A DNA stretch of 64,000 nucleotides from an uncultured bacterium (GCA_964387845.1 CAYLXA010000001.1:224001-288000), one strand, 5' to 3'. Numbered from the stretch's first letter, positions 45,664 through 56,213 are shown. A program made the numbers and translations. Notes: generated by a model not told the origin, from the letters alone.

Positions 45664-46155
45664 TCACGCCTTATTTGATGAATCTTCTCTTTGTGGCCCC
45701 AAAATCTTCTTCAAAGCTGTAATCAAATTCAAATGAAAGGACTCATTTTTTGGAATAACAGCATGAAATAAAACTCCTTCTAACTGATAGTACCATTCCA
45801 TCCGTGGAAATTCATCTGTCGTGAGGCAAAGCATTGGGAGTTTTATGCCAGCATTTTTTATTCTGCGCGCAAGCTGAATTCCCCAATTAAAATCGATCTT
45901 GGTATCTTTCAATTTTAACAAATGTTTGGCGAGCGGTAGATTTGATTGCGTTCTCATGGACAAAGCAAGAGATTCTCCCCCAATTCGCATTTCTTTGGAA
46001 ATCACAATTGCATCGACTTCATGCCTCCTAATGGCTTCTTCAATAAAGTTTTCACTAGATATTCCTATAACCTCATAGGCAAAGGATTCAAGAATTGGCC
46101 GCAAATCAGCTACCAGATAATCTTCCTCTATGAAGAGAAGTCTTTTCATAAACAT
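45664..46155 (-). CDS. Degenerate receiver-like (pseudo-receiver) protein
   Basis: REC-like alternation of strands and helices, but the acidic pocket reads EED and the phospho-site position is Ser (IVISKEM). Confidence 0.4.
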   Translation of the reverse strand: MFMKRLLFIEEDYLVADLRPILESFAYEVIGISSENFIEEAIRRHEVDAIVISKEMRIGGESLALSMRTQSNLPLAKHLLKLKDTKIDFNWGIQLARRIKNAGIKLPMLCLTTDEFPRMEWYYQLEGVLFHAVIPKNESFHLNLITALKKILGPQREDSSNKA

Positions 46156-48434
46156 TACGATTCTGATTCTCGGTTCTCATTTACGGCATTTTCGGTGGGA
46201 AGCCAAAACACAAACTTTGATCCGCCTTCAAGTCGCTTCTCAAGCCAAATTTTTCCACCATGAAACTCTTCTATAATTTTCCGGCAAACATATAAACCCT
46301 GTCCATGCCCCGCATCCATTGAGATAACTGATTGTGGTTTGGGTTTCGTAGAAAACCCTTGTGAGAAAACCTTATCAAAGAGTGATTCAGGAACTCCAGG
46401 GCCCTCATCCCAATATTCAAACCATGTTACCGGTTTTTCGTTATTGTCACGTTCTGAACCAGTAAGATAAATTAAATCGTTCGGTTGTCCCGCTAAAGCA
46501 TCAATCGAATTCTTAAATAAATTCTCAAATACCTGCTCCATCATGTACACATTCCCGAATAATTTAAATCCTTCGGAGAGCGTGACTTTAAATTTTGGCG
46601 TGTCATCAATGTTCAAATTGCGCTTTGCTGTTTCCCACGGTACCCTAAAATCCATGACTTGCTTCATGTTCTTATCTCCCGCAAGAGCGCCAACAACTGA
46701 ATCCACAACTAACTTGACTCGATCTGCCATGCCTTCAATATCACGCGAATACTTAACGATCGATGCATCAATCTCTTCAAGCTGTCTAGCTTCAATATTG
46801 GTTAGTTTATCTTTAAGTTTATTTTTTAAGCGATTCACGCGGTCTGGCAAATGAAGGCGCATGTTAATGGCAGCACTTCCAACTCCCACTAACTTATTAC
46901 CAGCTTCGTGCTTTAAGCTCCTGGTGAAATTAACTTGTTCGGCAATCTTTTGCGCTTTGACTTTTTCTTCACGCTCAATAACAATATCATTTACGAGTCT
47001 TGTATTTTCTGTGGCAATGGCTGAATCCTGGGCAATTGTAAAAAAAACATCCAAATCCTCGCTTGTGTATGGCTCGTCAGATTTCTTACCGCCAAGAACT
47101 AGCACATTGGAGATTTTCTGATTAAATCCATTGCTTTCAATATCAGGCTGACCAATAAAACTAGGAATTAATGCTTCCGCTTTCAATGCATTGAAAATGT
47201 TGAGAATGTCAGACTGAGATTGAGAATCGAGTCTTTCATCTTTCATATTTTTTTCAATGGAATATGCTGTGATTGGACCATTCTGCGATGTTAATAATCT
47301 GATTACCGGGTGGTTTTCGGAAATTGTTAGCCGCGGACGATTACTTCTACCACCGTATCCTAATGGATACCTCAGATCATATTCATTATTATTGGTTCGC
47401 ATTAAGATTCCCGCATTTCTAATCCTCCCCTGTTTAACCAAATATGCGGAAACTTGTTTAGCTAATTCGTCCAAACTGTGGATGAATGCGATTTGCTTTG
47501 CATTCTCTTTGAGAAGTTTGTGGTAGTCGTATTTTTTTTGGAATAAAAATTTATCAGTAATATTGGTTAAAATTTTTTCCACGGGTCTATAAATAAAAAC
47601 AGATGCTGCAATTCCACATATCATGAGAAAAAAAGGTGATATGCCCACCGTTCTTCCAATAATCATCTGAGTCAACCCTATGGGAATAGAAATCGTCAGA
47701 ACAGATATCGTTACAACTCCAGCAAATACTAGAGTTCGCTTAATAATAAGTTTTATATCCAACAACTGATATTTAACAATTGAAAATGCCACGGTAGCAA
47801 CGTAAACCGCTACCAAAATATTTCCGACAGGTGGAATTTTTATGTTATACCACAAGAAATGATTTGTCATTCCGCCCAAGAAACCTATGAGCGTACCTAA
47901 AAGAACACTAAAATTTCTCTTCCAGACAATTGAATGCTTCTCCTTGATCAGCCAAACAATCATTAAATAATGCGAAACAGTAACATTTAAGGCAAACCAC
48001 AAATGAAATGCATAGAAAAGCGGTCCAGGAACAGGCCAATAGGCAAATGTTAAGCGTTGTTCGACAGTTTGGATGAAATAAGCATTGAATGAGAAAAATA
48101 TTATGACAACACCAAAAATCAAATTCATTAAACGAATAATTCTGTGCTCAGATTCCTTTCCCAGCAGATGGATTATAAACTCGGTAAAAGAAGGCGGTAT
48201 CAAGGTTGAGCCTACCATTGCTAAGCGTATCCAAAATAGCGCTACATCCGCACTAGCAGACGTCATTGTCCATACCCAGACAGCATAACACGCAGCCCAA
48301 AATCCAACGCTAATAGCGAATATTACAAATATAAGATTCAATCGTTTTGTGGGGTTTTTGTGAAGGACAAGAAAACTTACGGAAAAACTTGTAAGAGCGT
48401 TAATAATCGCGGACCAAAAATAATAACCTGTCAT
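46155..48434 (-). CDS. Membrane sensor histidine kinase (7TMR-DISM-type N-terminus, C-terminal HATPase)
   Basis: ~8 N-terminal TM helices. H-box-like SLKHEAGNKL. N/G1/G2 boxes ...NLFKNSIDA..., YWDEGPGVPE, GHGQGLYVCRKII. Confidence 0.7.
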   Translation of the reverse strand: MTGYYFWSAIINALTSFSVSFLVLHKNPTKRLNLIFVIFAISVGFWAACYAVWVWTMTSASADVALFWIRLAMVGSTLIPPSFTEFIIHLLGKESEHRIIRLMNLIFGVVIIFFSFNAYFIQTVEQRLTFAYWPVPGPLFYAFHLWFALNVTVSHYLMIVWLIKEKHSIVWKRNFSVLLGTLIGFLGGMTNHFLWYNIKIPPVGNILVAVYVATVAFSIVKYQLLDIKLIIKRTLVFAGVVTISVLTISIPIGLTQMIIGRTVGISPFFLMICGIAASVFIYRPVEKILTNITDKFLFQKKYDYHKLLKENAKQIAFIHSLDELAKQVSAYLVKQGRIRNAGILMRTNNNEYDLRYPLGYGGRSNRPRLTISENHPVIRLLTSQNGPITAYSIEKNMKDERLDSQSQSDILNIFNALKAEALIPSFIGQPDIESNGFNQKISNVLVLGGKKSDEPYTSEDLDVFFTIAQDSAIATENTRLVNDIVIEREEKVKAQKIAEQVNFTRSLKHEAGNKLVGVGSAAINMRLHLPDRVNRLKNKLKDKLTNIEARQLEEIDASIVKYSRDIEGMADRVKLVVDSVVGALAGDKNMKQVMDFRVPWETAKRNLNIDDTPKFKVTLSEGFKLFGNVYMMEQVFENLFKNSIDALAGQPNDLIYLTGSERDNNEKPVTWFEYWDEGPGVPESLFDKVFSQGFSTKPKPQSVISMDAGHGQGLYVCRKIIEEFHGGKIWLEKRLEGGSKFVFWLPTENAVNENRESES

Positions 48435-49450
48435 GTGCCATTCTTCGCAAAACAGTATTGAATAACACCTTGCTGCTCATATTCTATGCTTAAATCAGCA
48501 AGTTTAAATCCAGAATCAAGAAATATCTTCTTAAATTCATCTTCCGTTCGATAAACAAGATTCCACTCGCCGACCCATTCCATAAAGTGTATGGCCGGAT
48601 TGCTATATTTATCAAAATAATTCGCGATTACCAATACACCATTCGGGCGCAATAATTTCTTCAGATTTGAAACAAGGCGCACGGAAATCTTCTCATCCAA
48701 ATAATCAAATAATCCCGTTGAGAAAATCAAGTCATATGGTTTTGGAAACTCATGCACTATATCTTTTTTTAAAGCCATACGAACAACATTCTGCTTTACA
48801 AATGAAATGTTTGATAAATCACCTAAAAGCTTCTTTGCGTATGCAATTGCGTTTTCGTCATTGTCTAAACAATCAATATGAATATTTTCTTTGCTGAATT
48901 GAACTTGATCAATAAGTTCCTTAATATCGCGACACGGTCCCGAAGCCAGGTCCATGATATTTATTTTCTCACCATTAACTTTTCGCTCATTAATAAATTT
49001 ACTGATGATCCTTTTGAAATCGTCTTTTCTGTTCCTTGTTGCAACGGAAGCAGCGGATATTTGAAAATAATTATCAAACAATCTATCAAAACCAACGGAT
49101 GTGGGATTGTTCAAATATATATCATCGATGATTTGGAAATCGCCCGCATAACCGAAAGGTTTGTCCACACTCCATTTTATATATTGACCATAAACAAAAT
49201 CTTTCCTCAATTTTGATACAAAAAAGCGTTTCAACTTATACAGCTTTTCTTCATTGCCCCTTGCAATATTTTCCTTTTCAAATAGCATAATGTCGCGAAA
49301 AATGCCGTTTATTTCTTGATTAAATTCACTTTGAAATTTTCCCCATTTATTAGGATCAGCATACAATAATGCCTTAAGTTCCACCGCACGTTTTTTGTAT
49401 CGCTTGATTTTGCTAAGTAAAACTAAGTTTGGCTCGCCAATAGAAAACAT
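48431..49450 (-). CDS. Class-I SAM-dependent methyltransferase
   Basis: Motif I IMDLASGPCRDI, acidic motif II, and a Rossmann-fold pattern. It is not CheR-like. Confidence 0.6.
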   Translation of the reverse strand: MFSIGEPNLVLLSKIKRYKKRAVELKALLYADPNKWGKFQSEFNQEINGIFRDIMLFEKENIARGNEEKLYKLKRFFVSKLRKDFVYGQYIKWSVDKPFGYAGDFQIIDDIYLNNPTSVGFDRLFDNYFQISAASVATRNRKDDFKRIISKFINERKVNGEKINIMDLASGPCRDIKELIDQVQFSKENIHIDCLDNDENAIAYAKKLLGDLSNISFVKQNVVRMALKKDIVHEFPKPYDLIFSTGLFDYLDEKISVRLVSNLKKLLRPNGVLVIANYFDKYSNPAIHFMEWVGEWNLVYRTEDEFKKIFLDSGFKLADLSIEYEQQGVIQYCFAKNGT

Positions 49451-49453
49451 TGC

Positions 49454-49831
49454 TTACACTCCCAAACAATCCATAACTGTTTTCAATAGCTCCCTTATAT
49501 CAAAGGGCTTCATTATATAAGCAATCGGATTCAGCTTTCTCGCCTCACGCTCTATATTATCATCTGCAAATCCAGTAACAAAAATAGTGGGAATTTTCTT
49601 TTGCTTTTTACTCATGTTTTCTTGAATTTGACGCACGGTTTCAACGCCGCTCAGCCCTGGCATGCGTATATCCGAAATAACAAGATCAAAGTCATCTTCG
49701 TCCATTATAGCCACCGCGTCAGACCCATTGCGCACGGTATAAACTTCGTATCCCTGCTTTTCAAGAAGCCGACTCAGAGACTTAATGAGCAATTCCTCAT
49801 CATCAATTACCAAAATTTTCTTTGCTGACAT
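49454..49831 (-). CDS. Single-domain response regulator (CheY-like)
   Basis: KILVIDDEELLIKSL...LVISDIRMPGLSG...KP. Confidence 0.75.
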   Translation of the reverse strand: MSAKKILVIDDEELLIKSLSRLLEKQGYEVYTVRNGSDAVAIMDEDDFDLVISDIRMPGLSGVETVRQIQENMSKKQKKIPTIFVTGFADDNIEREARKLNPIAYIMKPFDIRELLKTVMDCLGV

Positions 49832-49848
49832 TACACAGCTCCTGTTTT

Positions 49849-50088
49849 TTATTTGTTGTCTAGTTTCTCAATAACGTATTGAATGATATCTTGTACTTTG
49901 TTCATTTTTGCAGCATCTTCATCGGAAATCTCAATGTTAAACTCCTCTTCAATTGCCATAATGAGTTCGACCGAATCCAAGGAATCTAATTCGAGATCCT
50001 TAATCAGTTCAGAGTCAGGCGAAACTTCTTCAGGTTTGACTCCCAACTGATCACAAATGACTTCCCTGACTCGAGCTTCAATATTCAT
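49849..50088 (-). CDS. Acyl carrier protein-like
   Basis: ELDSLDSVELIMAIEEEF carries the DSL phosphopantetheine-attachment serine motif in a 79-aa acidic four-helix protein. Confidence 0.7.
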   Translation of the reverse strand: MNIEARVREVICDQLGVKPEEVSPDSELIKDLELDSLDSVELIMAIEEEFNIEISDEDAAKMNKVQDIIQYVIEKLDNK

Positions 50089-50093
50089 AACAA

Positions 50094-50435
50094 CTATTTG
50101 GCGTTGAAACCATGAGTCATTACTTTCATGCGCTGAATAAGCTTCTCGATGATTTTCATACCTCTTTGCCTACTTTCACGGGACTGCCGTTCTTTTGAAT
50201 GTAGGATCTGGATAAGTTCGCGACAAAGGTCCTTGTCTTTATCCGTAAATGCCGTTGTCACTAGTATTTCATTAATTCTATTAATGAAATCCGGAATTCT
50301 TTCTTCAAGCATTCTTTCACAATCATTAGATGAAAATGCTATGTAAATTGGGTAAAGCTTATTTCTTTGATATGCCAGCAGTCTCTTGATGGCTTCCTTT
50401 TGTACTTTTGACCGTTCAAATGTCAATTTTTTCAT
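50094..50435 (-). CDS. Hypothetical protein (113 aa), first gene of the island's two-component operon
   Basis: Position only; there is no motif. Confidence 0.3.
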   Translation of the reverse strand: MKKLTFERSKVQKEAIKRLLAYQRNKLYPIYIAFSSNDCERMLEERIPDFINRINEILVTTAFTDKDKDLCRELIQILHSKERQSRESRQRGMKIIEKLIQRMKVMTHGFNAK

Positions 50436-50624
50436 CAGATTGGTGGCAAAATTCTATCACATTTCTCTATGCAAACTGATGTGAAATAATCAGTTCGCAG
50501 GATTGGCTTAACAGTATAAATACGGCACTTTTAAGCCGTTTTTTGACTTATGATGGAATTTGAAAACAGGAGAGTTTAGCTGAATAACATTGCTGATTGT
50601 GAAATGGGTGCTATAATAAAAACG

Positions 50625-50685
50625 TGGCTAGAGAGCGCTCGACCCGGCACGGAAGAACCTCTCAGGGCATTAAGCCTTTTCGCCA
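50625..50685. repeat. ~60-bp repeat R, copy 2
   Basis: See 41952..42013. Confidence 0.55.
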
Positions 50686-50759
50686 CGCTTGACTAATGTT
50701 AACTCTCCTTATAACCGCTACCTACAACGCGTTTAGGCAAATCCATTGTTCGCAATGAT

Positions 50760-52502
50760 TCAGGTAATTGAACCTGAAATGGCCTCTACAAGCCTTCTTC
50801 TAAAGTAAGCCGTCACAGATTTCTCGGAATTCATTTGGAGAAAGGCTGGGTTGACATTGCCTGTGAGGTCTCCGCGCCACCCACGAAAGATCCAACCTTC
50901 GGCAGTATTTGGAATAGCGTGCAATTGAACTTTAAATCCTTCCTGATATCGCCCGAAAGCATCAGGTAAAGGCAATTGGTTCACTATGCCGTCACCTACT
51001 ATGCCGATCTTGATTCCATGTTTCGGGAATAAGCCAGAATGTTTGCTATCTCGATGAAGTGCAGGCCATGGTAGAAAATTTGAATGAGCCTGCTGAGTGT
51101 CAAATGAAAAAAATCCAACTTCAAATGGATAACCTAGATTTTTCATGGACATCACTACATCGGTGTCTCCGTCCGTCCTTAAATCAGTGATCATTGCCGT
51201 GCCGGTCGACCCGATTTCTCCACCCGGGGGAACAGGAACTTGCGCTGGAAAGCCTGGCAGCATGTTACCCTCTTTTGACCATGCATATATTTTTCCTGAA
51301 GGAGCAAGAAAAACTAAGTCATATGAAGAGTCACCATTAATATCAGCGATGGTTACATTGCTCTTTGTGATATAGGAGTACTCAGGCATGATGGGCTGAG
51401 GCCATCCGGGAAACGGAGTTCCGTTCGATTTGAGTACGTTCACATAACCGTCCGAAAGGAATGCAATTTCAAGCGTTTGATCACCATCGAGGTCGGCCAA
51501 ACTAGGGCTCCCGAGTGAAAAGCCCCATCCCGATACAGTCCGCGGCCATCCGGTTAACTGCGTGCCATTTGCATTAAGAACATTGATGCGTGCGGTAGCC
51601 GTTGTGGAATCCTCCAAAACAACAACATTCAAATTTCCGTCATTATCAACATCGCCTACGGACAAGCTGGATATCTTTCCACCGACAGTGACCGGCCACC
51701 CAGGCAAGTCGCTTCCATCTTTACAGCGAATGGCATACACCTTGTTTTGGCCTCGGATGAGAATGTCTTCGATCCCGTCGTTGTCGAGATCGCCAACTGC
51801 CAAAGAGGACCCGGCGAAATTAGAGATGATTTTTGGGTAGGTATTATTGAATAAGGTTCCGTCATTCTTGAACAGGTAAAGCATTGCGGTAGGCGGCGTT
51901 CCAGGTGTTGTAATATATTGTGCGCTTAAAATTGCAATTTCGCTCTCACCATCGTGATCAAAATCCCAAACTAAAGGAGTGCTTACGACGCGACCGTTTT
52001 GAGTAGGACCAGAAATCGACACTCCTGCTACCGGCCAATTGGGGAAAACATTGCCATCAGGTCTAAGCACGAGCAATTTACTATCATGTATATTACCGGG
52101 TCGATTAATTCCCACGCTAGCTATAATTTCTTGAACACCGTCGCCGTCAAGGTCAGCTATGGCAGGCATCGTTTCTACAACATCATCCACACTACTAAAA
52201 GCGGGTGGATTTGCTAGTGTAAAAAGATTAACGGGAAATCCTGGCAGGTCGTTACCAAAGGAATCCACACCGTACAAGAACCCATTATTCGCCCCCGCCA
52301 GTATTTCCATTTGACCATCAGGTTTTAAATCACTGACTACAACGGGACCCAGATAATGAAACGCGGACGCGGAAATCCAGCGAATAAATGTTTCGTCGTC
52401 AGCGCGAGCTTCCTTCACACCCAAGTTTAACGTCAACAAAAAAAGACAAATGAGCAGTCTAATTAAGAATCTTCTTACGACGAATACAATTTCGTTTAAC
52501 AT
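50760..52502 (-). CDS. Secreted FG-GAP/VCBS beta-propeller protein with a C-terminal InlB-B-repeat-like domain
   Basis: Signal peptide. Seven D-x-D/N-x-D-G calcium-loop repeats: DLDGDGVQE, DFDHDGESE, DLDNDGIED, DVDNDGNLN, DLDGDQTLE, DINGDSSYD and DLRTDGDTD. C-terminal GWIFRGWRGDL. Confidence 0.55.
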   Translation of the reverse strand: MLNEIVFVVRRFLIRLLICLFLLTLNLGVKEARADDETFIRWISASAFHYLGPVVVSDLKPDGQMEILAGANNGFLYGVDSFGNDLPGFPVNLFTLANPPAFSSVDDVVETMPAIADLDGDGVQEIIASVGINRPGNIHDSKLLVLRPDGNVFPNWPVAGVSISGPTQNGRVVSTPLVWDFDHDGESEIAILSAQYITTPGTPPTAMLYLFKNDGTLFNNTYPKIISNFAGSSLAVGDLDNDGIEDILIRGQNKVYAIRCKDGSDLPGWPVTVGGKISSLSVGDVDNDGNLNVVVLEDSTTATARINVLNANGTQLTGWPRTVSGWGFSLGSPSLADLDGDQTLEIAFLSDGYVNVLKSNGTPFPGWPQPIMPEYSYITKSNVTIADINGDSSYDLVFLAPSGKIYAWSKEGNMLPGFPAQVPVPPGGEIGSTGTAMITDLRTDGDTDVVMSMKNLGYPFEVGFFSFDTQQAHSNFLPWPALHRDSKHSGLFPKHGIKIGIVGDGIVNQLPLPDAFGRYQEGFKVQLHAIPNTAEGWIFRGWRGDLTGNVNPAFLQMNSEKSVTAYFRRRLVEAISGSIT

Positions 52503-52528
52503 AGGGGTCTCCTTTCCACAATTAATGA

Positions 52529-53152
52529 CTATTTTTCAATGGCTTCTCTTTTTCGAATATTTTCACGGACTACGCGCAAGAAATCATCCACGGAGAAAGG
52601 TTTAAAAAGACAATCATCAACTCCAAGTTCTATTGCCTGTGTCTGTGGGTCGCCTTCATGAAAACCAGTGATCAACATTTCTCCTGCGCGAGGCCTACCT
52701 AGACTCTTTTGCGCCTTCCGAATTGCTCGAATGGTATCAAGTCCATTCATTTTCGGCATGCGAATATCGGAGATGATTAGATCGAAAAACGTTTCTTTAA
52801 TTTTCTCAATTGCGGATTCTCCGTTCTCTGCTGTTGTGACGCCATAATTCGCTTGTTTAAGCACTTTCGACAGTGAATTGCGAATAAGCTGGTCATCATC
52901 AATCAAGAGAATTTGTCTTATTTTGCCTCTGCTCTGCCGCAATTTACCCTGGCCAATAATACGAGTTACATCATTTGCATCAAAACGCAAAACACCGCCG
53001 ATCCGAATGGGAACTAACAAGCCTTTCTTTATCCAAACAAATATGGTGGAGCGATTCACTGAAAGGATCTCGGCCACTTCTTCCACACGGAGAAATTTTT
53101 GTTCCGACGCAGTATCACTTTTCAATTTCTTCTCTTTTGCCATTGTGAGCAA
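52529..53152 (-). CDS. Excisionase-family HTH (HTH_17) fused to a receiver domain, next to attL
   Basis: N-terminal LRVEEVAEILSVNRSTIFVWIKKGLLVPIRIGGVLRFDANDV is a Xis/AlpA-type HTH. C-terminal ILLIDDDQLIRNSL...LIISDIRMPKMNGLD...KP is a canonical REC domain. Confidence 0.65.
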   Translation of the reverse strand: MLTMAKEKKLKSDTASEQKFLRVEEVAEILSVNRSTIFVWIKKGLLVPIRIGGVLRFDANDVTRIIGQGKLRQSRGKIRQILLIDDDQLIRNSLSKVLKQANYGVTTAENGESAIEKIKETFFDLIISDIRMPKMNGLDTIRAIRKAQKSLGRPRAGEMLITGFHEGDPQTQAIELGVDDCLFKPFSVDDFLRVVRENIRKREAIEK

Positions 53153-53168
53153 TTCCTCAATAGTTAAA

Positions 53169-53220
53169 AGTCTAATTTAGTCTTAATTAGTCTTAATTAG
53201 TCGCTAATATAACTAATATC
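53169..53220. repeat. Tandem degenerate 10-mers (TCTTAATTAG x ~4) immediately upstream of the HTH-REC gene
   Basis: tctaatttag tcttaattag tcttaattag tcgctaatat, read directly from the sequence. Confidence 0.5.
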
Positions 53221-53331
53221 TCGGACAAGTCAACAAAAACTTTAAAAAAATTTTCATCGATCTGTCAAGTCTGACATAGACCACGTCTTTGATGATAAGC
53301 GAGAAGCATGTGTGGTGAGTTTTTCAAGGTT

Positions 53332-53353
53332 TGTTAGCACCGTGTTAGCACGG
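53332..53353. promoter_or_regulatory. TGTTAGCAC direct repeat, the attL-side copy of the candidate arm-type site
   Basis: tgttagcaccgtgttagcacgg; compare 5685..5706. Confidence 0.4.
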
Positions 53354-53371
53354 AGTGATATTTGGGCACAA

Positions 53372-53416
53372 ACAAAAAAATAGCCATCGATGTAACTATC
53401 GATGGCTATTTTATTT
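53372..53416 (-). terminator. Terminator hairpin downstream of tRNA-Met
   Basis: 13-bp perfect inverted repeat AATAGCCATCGAT/ATCGATGGCTATT flanked by A- and T-runs. Confidence 0.55.
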
Positions 53417-53423
53417 ACGAAAC

Positions 53424-53497
<74 letters not shown>

Positions 53498-53560
53498 ATA
53501 AAAGATAAAAACGAAGATGTATTATATAAAGCGAATGACAGATTTGCAAGCGCGGCTAAT

Positions 53561-53857
53561 TTAGGGCGTTTTGGCCGGAGGTTCGGAATCTTCGGGAACT
53601 ACTTTGTAAACCACTTCGCCCGGCTTCACGAGTTTCAGCTCTTCGCGGATTACCTGCTCCAAATGCTCGGCATCGTTCCGGATCAGGTAATTTTCGCGCT
53701 CCAGATCGCTGATTTTTTTCTCAAGCGTCTCTACTTCAGCCGTCAACTTTTCTTCCGAGCGCTTAAGCTCTAAATATTTCGACAGCACCGGAAAAAACAG
53801 CAGAAACACGCCCGCCAAAATTGCGAAAATCCAAAAGAGACGGTCGATGCGCTTCAT
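53561..53857 (-). CDS. ftsB: Septum-formation initiator FtsB/DivIC-like
   Basis: N-terminal TM plus a coiled coil, 98 aa, in conserved synteny downstream of eno. Confidence 0.65.
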   Translation of the reverse strand: MKRIDRLFWIFAILAGVFLLFFPVLSKYLELKRSEEKLTAEVETLEKKISDLERENYLIRNDAEHLEQVIREELKLVKPGEVVYKVVPEDSEPPAKTP

Positions 53858-53867
53858 TCAAACCGGC

Positions 53868-55202
<1,335 letters not shown>

Positions 55203-55245
55203 TTAGGATCAATCTGGTTACAAAAACGAGAGTGGCATTATAGTA

Positions 55246-55323
55246 GGGTCAGGGGTCAGGGGTCAAGTGCCAAGGCGCAAAAGACTCTTCTAAAATGGGC
55301 CTTGACACTTGCCCCTTGACCCT
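55246..55323. repeat. Long imperfect inverted repeat (GGGTCAGGGGTCAAGTGCCAAGG ... CCTTGACACTTGCCCCTTGACCC) between eno and the next gene
   Basis: Read directly from the sequence. Confidence 0.4.
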
Positions 55324-56213
55324 TAATCGTAGTCGGAGATGATAAATTCTTCGTTCTGATCGCGGACAGACCGGCTGAAAAAGTCATCGAGACGTTCGAT
55401 TGCAGTCCATTCGTCAATCTGCTTCAAAACCGGAAAAGACCGGAAGGGGCGCCAAACCGTGTGCTTGACGGCGCCGACATCGTTGAACCGTTTCCACACG
55501 AGCCAATAATCGACCCGTTTTAAATCGCGCGTACCTGCCAGCGCATAAAACAGTTCGGATGTGCTATCGAAGGAGCGCTTGTATTTGAGCTCTCCGTCGA
55601 TCCGGCTGATGTCTTCGGTGTTCATGAACATTTTCCAGCTGATCGGAATTTTAATTCTCGGATGTAAGTGATGTTTTTCTTTAAATTCACGGTTCCAATC
55701 CTTGAAATAGAGATAACTCGACCAGCTGAATTTGATTCCGCGATTGATGAAAGCCGCGGGCGTTTCATCAAGCTGATCTTCTGCATAATTTTTTGTTTTT
55801 AAGATCCATTTCATTTTACGCGCTTTCACTTCGGATTTAGGCAGCGGCTCCCACGGATCCCGGAATTTGACGGATGCGGTAAAGGGATCCTCTTTGAGCG
55901 AAAGCGGCGTGACGCCGAATCCGAAATATTCATCAATAATCCACACCCGCCACCACGTGTTCCAAATAATGTGCCTCGGAAAGGGTGAGCGCCGTTTAAC
56001 ATCCGGAGGCACAGAAATCCAGGTGCTGGCTGCGCGTACTTCGGCGTTGGGGTTTGGAATGACGACTGTGACAGGTGTTTGGTCGCTCGAAAAAATAGCT
56101 GGAGAAAAAGTGAAGCTTAGACTTACTAAAATGAAGATGAAGCGGGCAATATCGGTTTTGCGGGAATTTCCAAATCTAAACCGGCTTTCCTCCCTTAACT
56201 TGTTCTCCTGCAC
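55323..56213 (-). CDS. Hypothetical exported/membrane-anchored protein (296 aa)
   Basis: N-terminal hydrophobic anchor, Trp-rich, no motif recognised. Confidence 0.35.
   Translation of the reverse strand: MQENKLREESRFRFGNSRKTDIARFIFILVSLSFTFSPAIFSSDQTPVTVVIPNPNAEVRAASTWISVPPDVKRRSPFPRHIIWNTWWRVWIIDEYFGFGVTPLSLKEDPFTASVKFRDPWEPLPKSEVKARKMKWILKTKNYAEDQLDETPAAFINRGIKFSWSSYLYFKDWNREFKEKHHLHPRIKIPISWKMFMNTEDISRIDGELKYKRSFDSTSELFYALAGTRDLKRVDYWLVWKRFNDVGAVKHTVWRPFRSFPVLKQIDEWTAIERLDDFFSRSVRDQNEEFIISDYD

Noticed and set aside
53169-53220. Possible CRISPR-like repeats (the 58-bp R copies at 41952/50625 were also checked for this)
   Set aside because: There are only 3-4 contiguous degenerate 10-mers with no spacers, and only two R copies 8.7 kb apart. 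Neither has CRISPR repeat-spacer periodicity, and there are no cas genes.
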